A stretch of DNA of 63,622 nt, from assembly GCA_050748045.1 (NCBI GenBank), contig JBOGIW010000339.1, positions 1 to 63,622 of the forward strand, in the 5' to 3' direction. The notes beneath the pieces were generated by a model, which was given only the letters and a program-made list of their open reading frames with translations, was not told where the DNA came from and searched no databases. Shown here piece after piece: positions 35,436 through 42,739 of this stretch (its first letter is position 1; each line of letters opens with the position of its first letter). Both the position numbers and the translations under genes were made by a program. This DNA is from Vicinamibacterales bacterium (GTDB taxonomy: Bacteria > Acidobacteriota > Vicinamibacteria > Vicinamibacterales > UBA2999).

Positions 35436-36752
35436 GTGGCGGCGAAGACGTTCAACCCGGCGATGCGGCTGGCGCTCCTCGGCGAGGTCGTCGGGATGGC
35501 GCTCGACACGCTGCGGTCGAACAAGCTCCGGTCGGCGCTCACGGTGCTCGGCGTGGTCATCGGCATCACCGCCATTGTCGGGATGACCTCGCTCATCCGG
35601 GGCTTCGACGAGTCGCTGCGCGACGGCATCCGCGAGCTCGGTCCCGAGACCATCTTCGTCGCCAAGTTCAGCGGCGTCAGCCTGGCGGCGGGACGCGAGT
35701 TCGCCCAGCTCATCCGCCGGCCCAACCTGACGATCGACGACGCGAAGGCGATCGAGAAGCTGGCGCCGTCGGCGGCGATGGTGGACGTGTGGCTCGGCGC
35801 GGGCGGCCCGCCCACCCAGGAGCGGGTGTTCTACCGCGGCGAGCGCACCAAGCCGCTGGCCGTGATGGGCGTCACCGAAAACTTCGCCAACATCAGCTTC
35901 CTGAAGATCACCACGGGACGCTTTTTCACGGCGTTCGAGGTGGAGCGCCGCCGGAACGTGGCCGTGCTCGGCCAGACGCCGTATCAGGCGCTCTTCGCGG
36001 AGCAGGGCCTGGACCCGGTCGGCAAGAAGGTCCGCATCGGCGCCGTCGAGTACACGATCGTCGGCGTCACGGGGAAGCGCCCGGCGATGGGAGGCTTCAA
36101 TCTGGGTCAGGACGACTTCGTGGTCATCCCCGAGACGACGTACCGGAAGCAGTTCGGCATCCGGCTGATCCGGGGGCCCGGCGGCGCCACGCACCAGAGC
36201 CTGCTCATCGCCGCGCTGCCGCACGAGGAGGCCACGCGCGCCCAGCTCATCTCCGAGGTCGAAGAGATCATGCGGGTGCGGCACGGGCTCAAGCTCGACG
36301 ACGAGAACGACTTCGACATCCTCACGCAGGACGCGGTGCTCAAGACGTGGGACCAGGTCAGTGCGGCGACTTTCTTCGCGCTCGTCGTGATCTCGTCGAT
36401 CGCGCTGATGGTGGGCGGCATCGGCGTGATGGCCATCATGATGATCTCGGTCACCGAGCGCACGCGGGAGATCGGCGTGCGGAAAGCGCTCGGCGCGCGG
36501 CGCCGCGAGATCCTGTGGCAGTTCCTGCTCGAGGCCGCGGTCCTGACCTCGGTCGGCGGCATCCTCGGCATCGTCCTCGGCGCGTCGATCGGATTCGCCG
36601 TCCACTTCGCGACGGGGTTCCCGATCTCGCTGCCGTGGTGGTCGTTCGCGCTCGGCATCGGCTTCTCGGCGAGCGTCGGGATCTTCTTCGGGATGTTCCC
36701 CGCCATCCGCGCGTCGCGGCTGGACCCGATTGAGGCCCTGCGCTACGAATAG
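35436..36752 (+). CDS. Second MacB/FtsX-type ABC permease
   Basis: ALDTLRSNKLRSALTVLGVVIGITAIV ... ERTREIGVRKALGARRREI. GTG start. Confidence 0.85.
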   Translation: MAAKTFNPAMRLALLGEVVGMALDTLRSNKLRSALTVLGVVIGITAIVGMTSLIRGFDESLRDGIRELGPETIFVAKFSGVSLAAGREFAQLIRRPNLTIDDAKAIEKLAPSAAMVDVWLGAGGPPTQERVFYRGERTKPLAVMGVTENFANISFLKITTGRFFTAFEVERRRNVAVLGQTPYQALFAEQGLDPVGKKVRIGAVEYTIVGVTGKRPAMGGFNLGQDDFVVIPETTYRKQFGIRLIRGPGGATHQSLLIAALPHEEATRAQLISEVEEIMRVRHGLKLDDENDFDILTQDAVLKTWDQVSAATFFALVVISSIALMVGGIGVMAIMMISVTERTREIGVRKALGARRREILWQFLLEAAVLTSVGGILGIVLGASIGFAVHFATGFPISLPWWSFALGIGFSASVGIFFGMFPAIRASRLDPIEALRYE

Positions 36753-36755
36753 GGG

Positions 36756-37031
36756 TCAGAACGGGGTCAAAGTGAGGGTACGCGTCGACTCAACCTGTGG
36801 GGATGGGCGCCGAGAAAAGGCCGCCATGTCCTTGTGATTGGCCAGCACACCCTCGTCGTAGTCGCTCCGGATGCGCACCATCCTCTGCGCGAGCGCCACG
36901 AGGTCGGCTTCCTTGATGTGGCTCGCAATGTCCTGGCGTGCCTGCGAACGCGCGGCCCCTTGGCCGGCGCCGGAGATCGTGGCGGACAGCACGATGGCAC
37001 AAACGACAACGCACCTGCCTTTCGGACGCAT
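36756..37031 (-). pseudogene. N-terminal remnant (~70 aa of homology) of an M20-family peptidase
   Basis: IKEADLVALAQRMVRIRSDYDEGVLANHKDMAAF aligns with IDRQEAVDLTRALVRIRSEYSEGRLAVHREIAGF of the intact M20 gene at 50612..51937. Similarity then stops, and the frame ends 3 nt from the macB2 stop. Confidence 0.5.
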
Positions 37032-37089
37032 GATGAACGGCGCCTCCCACAACACGAACTGTACCCGACTCGAGCGCGGGTCTAAAGGA

Positions 37090-37238
37090 CCCTGATCGGA
37101 ATAAGGTGGCCAGCTTGGGCGTCGAGGCGCCCGCCCGGCAAGGCGCGAGGAGCGCATACCCGGAGTCTGGAAGCGACGAGCAACGCAGCCCGGCGGGATG
37201 CATCGGCAGCCAAGGTGGCCACCTTATTCCGACCAGGG
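37090..37238 (+). repeat. Long-hairpin repeat element, copy B (29-bp closing stem with 2 mismatches plus the conserved two-block core). Candidate structured ncRNA or palindrome-nested miniature element.
   Basis: 37090-37118 CCCTGATCGGAATAAGGTGGCCAGCTTGG pairs with 37210-37238 CCAAGGTGGCCACCTTATTCCGACCAGGG. Core blocks at 37124-37148 and 37178-37205 are shared with copy A. Confidence 0.6.
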
Positions 37239-37279
37239 TTCTTAGGGACAGATCTCCGCCGATCGGGAAATTGTCACGG

Positions 37280-38824
37280 CTACCGACGCCGCCAGCAGGT
37301 GATGCCGTGATCCTCGGCGGTGCCCGGACAGAAGACCTGCTGAAACGAGCGCTCGAGTCGCTGCAGCAGGAGCGCGTTGGCACGAGGAAGATCTCGTGAG
37401 TGCAGGATCCAGAGGAGCCGATCGCCGGTGAGCGTTTCCTGCAGGGCTCGGGTCAACCGATCGGCATCCGACCTCAGCAAGGCCGCATCGGCCAGCTCGC
37501 GCTCGTCGACCCAGCCCCTGTGCGCTCCCAACGAAGGCGGAAACGAATGGAAGGCCATCGTCCTGCCGCGCTCGCGCGTGAGGTACTCGACTCCGTTGCG
37601 CGTGAAGCCGGTGGCGAGCACGGCGTCCCGCGGCCCGGCGTGCTGAAGCAGGCTCGCCGCCTGGCGGCGCGACGACTGGGCGATGGGAAGCGTGTGCAGC
37701 CTGTACACAGCCGTCGTTGCGAGAGCCATGAGGAGGAGCCATGCCGACACGGCTGTGCCGCCGCGGACGAGCGCGACGCCGCGACCCGCCAGGAGCAGAA
37801 ACAGCGGCAGCGCGATCACGTCGTGCCGGCCGACGAGGAAGATCGGGGTGATGAAAGACAGCGCGGTCGGCACGGCGAGCAGCACGCCGACGACGAGCGC
37901 GATCCTGCGGGCGTCGTCCACGGGCCTTCGAACAAGCGCCGCGCCAATCAGCAGGGCGAAGGCGGCGTACGCGAGCGTCTGCAACCACACCGGCACTGCA
38001 TCCGACCCGGTGCGAATGTACTCGGGCGTGTGCCCGCCGATGCAGAAGCCCGCCAGGCTGAGAAGCGGCGCCAACGCGGGAGGAGTCCCGACCCAGAGGC
38101 GTTCCACCCACTGTGTCGCACCGGAGGTCGTCTGTGTCACGAGCACAGGCAGCCAGGGGAGATACGCCGCTACCACGACCCCCGCGGCCCTGGCCGCCGT
38201 TGCAGCCGGCACTCGCCGGATGAGTACCCAGAGACCGAGCACGACGAGCAGGAAGAGTCCGTAGTTGTGCGTCCAGGTCGCCGCCGCGGTTGCCCCACAA
38301 TAGGCGGCGACGCTGGCGGGGCGGCTCCGCGACATAGCTTCCAGGGCCATCAGAGACGCGAGCACGAACACAATCAGAAGGGCGTAGGGCCGTACCTCCC
38401 GGCTGTAGTGGATGTGCAACGGAGAAACGGCCATCAGCGCGGCGCTCGCCAGCCCGGCACGTGCTCCCCACAGGCGGCACGCGGCGACAAACGTCGCCCA
38501 GACCGCGAGGAGCCCGCAGAGCACGGAGAACAAGCGGAGCGTCCAGGCATCGGCACCCAGCAGGAGCGACCAGCCGCGCAGCAGGAGGAAGTAGAGGGGC
38601 GGAGCGGTATCGCCCGCCAGCTCGGAGAGGAGCGCCCTTGTCGGCTCCATCACCACCAGTGCGGCAAAGGCTTCGTCGAACCATAACTCGGAGCGATCGA
38701 GGCGGAGCAGCCTCAGGCCCAGGGCAACTGCCGACGCAGCAACCAGCAGCGACCACTCCGCCCGTGTCGGGGCGATCGACGCGGACCAAGACGGCTCACC
38801 TGTAGCCACGTCGATCGAGGGCAT
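37280..38824 (-). CDS. GT-C fold glycosyltransferase (PMT_2 / ArnT-like, family 39/83-type)
   Basis: Many TM helices. N-terminal motif LWFDEAFAALVV...APPLYFLLLRGW, typical of the dolichyl/undecaprenyl-phosphate-sugar transferase family. The start is uncertain (ATG 38824 or GTG 38809). Confidence 0.7.
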   Translation of the reverse strand: MPSIDVATGEPSWSASIAPTRAEWSLLVAASAVALGLRLLRLDRSELWFDEAFAALVVMEPTRALLSELAGDTAPPLYFLLLRGWSLLLGADAWTLRLFSVLCGLLAVWATFVAACRLWGARAGLASAALMAVSPLHIHYSREVRPYALLIVFVLASLMALEAMSRSRPASVAAYCGATAAATWTHNYGLFLLVVLGLWVLIRRVPAATAARAAGVVVAAYLPWLPVLVTQTTSGATQWVERLWVGTPPALAPLLSLAGFCIGGHTPEYIRTGSDAVPVWLQTLAYAAFALLIGAALVRRPVDDARRIALVVGVLLAVPTALSFITPIFLVGRHDVIALPLFLLLAGRGVALVRGGTAVSAWLLLMALATTAVYRLHTLPIAQSSRRQAASLLQHAGPRDAVLATGFTRNGVEYLTRERGRTMAFHSFPPSLGAHRGWVDERELADAALLRSDADRLTRALQETLTGDRLLWILHSRDLPRANALLLQRLERSFQQVFCPGTAEDHGITCWRRR

Positions 38825-40619
38825 CCGCTCGCTGCCGTGCCACGTCCAGGGATGCATCCAACGCATAGGCGCGGCGATAGTGCTCGAGTGCGGCCTCGTG
38901 GTCGCCCTGCAGCTCCGCCACCAGGCCGAGATTCACGTGAGCGACAGCCATCGACGGATCGGCGGCAACCGCCCGTTCGAGCAACGTCCTGGCCTCCGCC
39001 AGGCGCCCTTCGCGGCGGCGCACCGTCCCCAGGTTGGCCAGCGCGGGTGCATACTCCGGCGCATCGCCAAGGGCCGCCTCGAACGAGCCGCCCGCCCCGG
39101 AGAGGTCGTCGGCCAGCAGCGCCAGCGTCCCGAGCAGGTTATGGGCCTCCGGATACGCCGGCGCGATGGCCACGGCTGATTCGAGCATCGCTCGCGCAGC
39201 CGCCGTCTGGCCCGATTCGACGAGCGCCGACGCGTAGTTGAACCGGGCCTTGGCACTGGCGGGCGACGCCCGCACCGCGGCAGAAAAGAGCCGTTCCTCC
39301 GACGACCAGTCTCGGTTGCGCGCCAGCGCTCCCGCCGTGTGAGCGCCGAGCAGCACGATGATGAACCATGCGAGGACGATCTTCATCCGCGGACCGCCGA
39401 TGCCGTGCAGCCGAACGAGCCAGAGACCAGAGAGCAGGCAGAGCGCAGCGGACGGCAGATACAGGATGCGCTCGGCCATGATCGTCCCGATCGGCACGAT
39501 CAGGTTCGACACCGGCAGCAGCAGCACGGCAAACGCCCCAGCGAGCAGGATCGTTCGCGGCACGCGCCGTTCGAGCCGCGCGAGCAGCACAACGGCGCCC
39601 CCGAGCGCCGCCGCGACGGCGATGGCTCTGGGATCGGCAGCCGTTCGTACGAGCGGGATCTGGTCGTAGGCATAGTCGGCACTGAGCGGGTACGGCAGGA
39701 TGAACAGCCCGACGTACTTGATCGCCACCCACAACGCCGTGAGGAGGCGCGCGGCGGGCTCGGCGGTCACCAGGGGATTCTCGATGTAGCGGACGTGCGA
39801 GCCCGTGGCGAAGACGCCCCCGGCTGCCGCATACCGCAGCGCACTATAGCCTGCCGCACCGATGAGCAACGCTGCGTACAGCGACCAGCGCTGCCGGAGC
39901 AGCTCACGCGCGTCGTGCGTGAACGTGCGACGCCTGACGTGCATCGCCAGGTCGGAGAACACCAGCAACGCCGGGAACGCCGCCGCGTTCTCCTTCGCCA
40001 GGAGGCCCCCGGCGAACAGGAGCGTGACCGCTGCCGTCCGCGATCGGCGCGGCTCGCGCGAAGCGATCGCCAGCCGCCATGCAAGCAGCACGAACGACGC
40101 CGCCAGGAGATCGGCTCGTCCGAAGACCGGCGACACCGCTTCGGTGTGGACCGCATGCACCGCGAACAGCGCGGCACCTGCGGTAGCCGGCCACCAGTCG
40201 AGCAGACGGCGACCGATCGACCACACAAGCAGCGTGTTCACGGCGTGCAGTCCGACGTTGACGGCATGATAGGAGAACGGCGCCAGGCCGGACACGGCGT
40301 AATTGACCGCAAGCGTGTAGACAGCGAGCGGGCGGTACCACTCGACCTGCCCGTGGGTGACGGCGCCGTGCTGAAAGGCCAGCAGTGGATCCAGCGAGCG
40401 AACCAGGTCGTTTCGAACGACCTGGGCGACATCGTCGTAGACGAACGCGTTCGACAGGCCGTTGAGGTACGGGATCGTCGCCAGGAGCGCCAGGACTATC
40501 GCGGCATGCGCAGCGCGAGATCCGTGTAGAGCGGAGCGTGCCCGACCAGCGAGTCGATCGCCACCGACTGGCCGGCCCCCTGCGCGCGGTCTCCGACCAC
40601 GATGCCGAAGGAGATCCAT
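38796..40619 (-). CDS. Membrane PMT/TMTC-like protein with C-terminal TPR repeats
   Basis: N-terminal multi-TM region with IPYLNGLSNAFVYDDVAQVVRN and HAVNVGLHAVNTLLVW. The C-terminal ~200 aa are TPR repeats. The start is uncertain because third-position GC in this frame is low upstream of ~40500. Confidence 0.7.
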   Translation of the reverse strand: MDLLRHRGRRPRAGGRPVGGDRLAGRARSALHGSRAAHAAIVLALLATIPYLNGLSNAFVYDDVAQVVRNDLVRSLDPLLAFQHGAVTHGQVEWYRPLAVYTLAVNYAVSGLAPFSYHAVNVGLHAVNTLLVWSIGRRLLDWWPATAGAALFAVHAVHTEAVSPVFGRADLLAASFVLLAWRLAIASREPRRSRTAAVTLLFAGGLLAKENAAAFPALLVFSDLAMHVRRRTFTHDARELLRQRWSLYAALLIGAAGYSALRYAAAGGVFATGSHVRYIENPLVTAEPAARLLTALWVAIKYVGLFILPYPLSADYAYDQIPLVRTAADPRAIAVAAALGGAVVLLARLERRVPRTILLAGAFAVLLLPVSNLIVPIGTIMAERILYLPSAALCLLSGLWLVRLHGIGGPRMKIVLAWFIIVLLGAHTAGALARNRDWSSEERLFSAAVRASPASAKARFNYASALVESGQTAAARAMLESAVAIAPAYPEAHNLLGTLALLADDLSGAGGSFEAALGDAPEYAPALANLGTVRRREGRLAEARTLLERAVAADPSMAVAHVNLGLVAELQGDHEAALEHYRRAYALDASLDVARQRADALDRRGYR

Positions 40620-40818
40620 GTGGAACCGAGCTGCTACAGGTCCGGGCGTCCGCCTCCCGCCGACATCCGCCACTCCGGCGTCGTGCCCGTGCTCATGGAC
40701 ACCACCCCGAAGATCGCGGCAATGAGCGGGTCGTGTTCGGTCAGCGCGTCCCAATGATGATAGGGCACCCGGGATCGGCCTTCTTCATCTGTTCGAAGAG
40801 CGCGTTGAAGTCCGCCAC
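40496..40818 (-). pseudogene. Coding-like remnant disrupted by one frameshift and one in-frame TAG
   Basis: Manual translation gives three segments:
- VADFNALFEQMKKADPGCPIIIGTR* (frame c).
- ...HHWDALTEHDPLIAAIFGVVSMSTGTTPEWRMSAGGGRPDL* (frame b).
- In the same frame, QLGSTWISFGIVVGDRAQGAGQSVAIDSLVGHAPLYTDLALRMPR*.
Third-position GC is ~84-88% in these frames, versus ~60% in the annotated overlapping frame. Confidence 0.4.
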
Positions 40819-40820
40819 CC

Positions 40821-42644
40821 TCAGTCGGAGCCGTTATCGGCCTGCGCTCGGGGCCTGGCGGCCGAAGGCAACGGCAGCTTTGCCGCGTCCCAGATCTGTC
40901 CTATCTGGTCGTCCAGGCCCGTCATCTCCCAGCGCAGGAGCGCAATCGGGATCGACCCAATCCCGAGCAATCGGTCGTGGAACTCCCGCAGGTCGAACGT
41001 GTCGCCGAGCTGCATCCGCCGATCGGCCAGGAGTTGGTAGATCTGAGCCTTCCCCACGAGGCACGTGTCGGTCGTACCACGCTGAATGACCGGGTAGGTC
41101 TCCTCGAAGACTTCTTCAGGTCGTGCCCCCAGGCTCGGGCCCATCGGGGGCAACCGGTCCATCAGCCACTTCAGCGCCGCGCCCATCGACATCTCGCCAT
41201 TGAGGAGCTTGATGCTCTGAATCACGCGCAGCGCGCGCTGGACCTGGTTGATGAACACGTGCTCGCGCGCGCGAGGGCCGCGCACGTACGGGAAGTCGAG
41301 CATGAGCGGCATCTCCTCGTTGTAGAAGCACCAGCCCTGGCTATGGTGCGGGTCGCGATGCCGCGCACGAATCGGGCAGGGGTTCCTCCGGTGCAGCTCG
41401 CCCTCGAGATAGTGGCCCGGATAGTACTCGTGCATGTGCAGGATGCCCGGATCCGTGCGGAATCCCATGTTCGAGTGGCGCCACTTCCAGTTGTCGACGG
41501 GGTAAATGACGATGCGGTGCGAGGGGTCGTCAGAGCTGCCGTTCTGCGCCTCCTCCTGGCGAGCCGGGAAATACAGCTCACCGAACGGTGGCTGGTGCAG
41601 GCCCACCGCCGACTTCACGGGCAGCGCGTAGTCGGGATCGGTCAGGAGATTCCCGTAGAAGCGCCGAATGAGAAGCGCCGTCTCGTTGTCCCAGGCGAGG
41701 TACTCCTCGGCCGTGGTTGCGGGCCCTATGTTCGGCAGGCCGCGATTCTTCTCGTGCTCGAACTGGAAGAAGGCGAGCGAGCGTGCGCGCTCCATTTCCG
41801 CCATCACGAGAAGGTCGTCGGCCGTGTGTGGAACGAGCAGCACGCGCTGGAGGTGCCAGGTGAACGCATCCTTGCCGAGGGCGTACGACCCGGTCATCCG
41901 GGATCGGTTCTGCTCGATCCACTCGCCGAACCGGAACAACGCGTCGGCCGCGCGGGCGGCGGCCGGCCCCAGCTGGCTCGCCTCCGGCTCGGGAAAGTGA
42001 GGTGCCGTGAGCCTGGCCCAGTCGGCCATGTCGCGCACGATGTCCTTCAAGCCGCGCGACGTCTCGAAGTCGGCGATGTAGCCGCCTCCGGGGTGCTTCG
42101 TGGCCATATCGGCCAGCTCCGGCACGGCCTCGGTCAGGTGCGTGGGGCCCTGCGACACGATGGCATCCACCTCGCCGAGGGCTTTCAGCACGGCCTGAGC
42201 GCGCGCCCTCGGATACGGCACGGTTCCCGGGCGCACGCGGCGACCGGCGATCAGGTGCCGCCGAACCGTGCCGATCGCGGTCTCCGTGTAGAAGACCGGG
42301 CTTCGGCTCCACGGACGGAGGACCTTCAGTCGAAACTCTTCGGCATCGATCAGCGACCGTAACAGCAGGTAGTCGACCTGGGCGTGCGTGTGCCATTGGC
42401 GCACGTTCACCATGGCCTCGAGCCGTGCGCGAAAGGCGGGGAGCGCCCTGAGCTGCTGCGCCGCCAGCGCCGCGAAGTCGGGAACGGCTGGTGGCTGCTC
42501 CTTCCACACCCGGAAGTCGTCGGACAGCGTCAGCAGTTCGGGCGGGTGTGTAACGCCCTGCGACTCCTGTGCGGCCAGGTCCGAGGCCGACAGAGGACCG
42601 GCGAGCGAGACGAGGACGAACAAGGTGAATGCGGTCCGTGACAT
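40821..42644 (-). CDS. DUF885-family protein (secreted, metallopeptidase-like HExxPGH motif)
   Basis: Signal peptide MSRTAFTLFVLVSLAGPLSASDLAAQ and the motif MHEYYPGHYLE. Overall it is a paralog of 57141..58973. Confidence 0.8.
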   Translation of the reverse strand: MSRTAFTLFVLVSLAGPLSASDLAAQESQGVTHPPELLTLSDDFRVWKEQPPAVPDFAALAAQQLRALPAFRARLEAMVNVRQWHTHAQVDYLLLRSLIDAEEFRLKVLRPWSRSPVFYTETAIGTVRRHLIAGRRVRPGTVPYPRARAQAVLKALGEVDAIVSQGPTHLTEAVPELADMATKHPGGGYIADFETSRGLKDIVRDMADWARLTAPHFPEPEASQLGPAAARAADALFRFGEWIEQNRSRMTGSYALGKDAFTWHLQRVLLVPHTADDLLVMAEMERARSLAFFQFEHEKNRGLPNIGPATTAEEYLAWDNETALLIRRFYGNLLTDPDYALPVKSAVGLHQPPFGELYFPARQEEAQNGSSDDPSHRIVIYPVDNWKWRHSNMGFRTDPGILHMHEYYPGHYLEGELHRRNPCPIRARHRDPHHSQGWCFYNEEMPLMLDFPYVRGPRAREHVFINQVQRALRVIQSIKLLNGEMSMGAALKWLMDRLPPMGPSLGARPEEVFEETYPVIQRGTTDTCLVGKAQIYQLLADRRMQLGDTFDLREFHDRLLGIGSIPIALLRWEMTGLDDQIGQIWDAAKLPLPSAARPRAQADNGSD

Positions 42645-42682
42645 CAGACCCTCTGAACTTGACGCGGACGCCCGCGCCGAGC

Positions 42683-42714
42683 GCCCCCGGTGAGCCTCGT
42701 GCTCGCCGGGGGGC
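42683..42714. terminator. GC-rich hairpin between the TonB-receptor stop and the DUF885 start
   Basis: GCCCCCGG-T-GAGC-CTCGT-GCTC-G-CCGGGGGGC. A short U-run follows only on the plus strand. Confidence 0.35.
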
Positions 42715-42739
42715 TTTCCGCGGGTGTCGCGTGAAGCGG

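Noticed and set aside
36756-37157. The full 133-aa ORF 36756..37157 as an intact small gene.
   Set aside because: The first 42 codons are Arg/Pro-rich and overlap the arm of the hairpin element. Only the portion from MRPKG (37031) resembles a protein (M20 N-terminus), and it is truncated.
37090-37238. The hairpin element as SRP (4.5S) RNA, 6S RNA, a cobalamin riboswitch or a c-di-GMP-I (GEMM) riboswitch.
   Set aside because: - SRP: copy B has GUCUGGAAG...AGCA, reminiscent of SRP domain IV, but the loop-closing pairs do not form, and copy A has a different apex.
- Cobalamin: the GGUGCAAGUCCGG arm of copy A resembles a cobalamin-riboswitch segment, but no B12 box is present.
- GEMM-I: GGCAAGGC...ACGCAGCC only superficially resembles the conserved GEMM-I strings.
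- 6S cannot be excluded, but 149 nt is short for it.

None of this can be verified without covariance-model searches.
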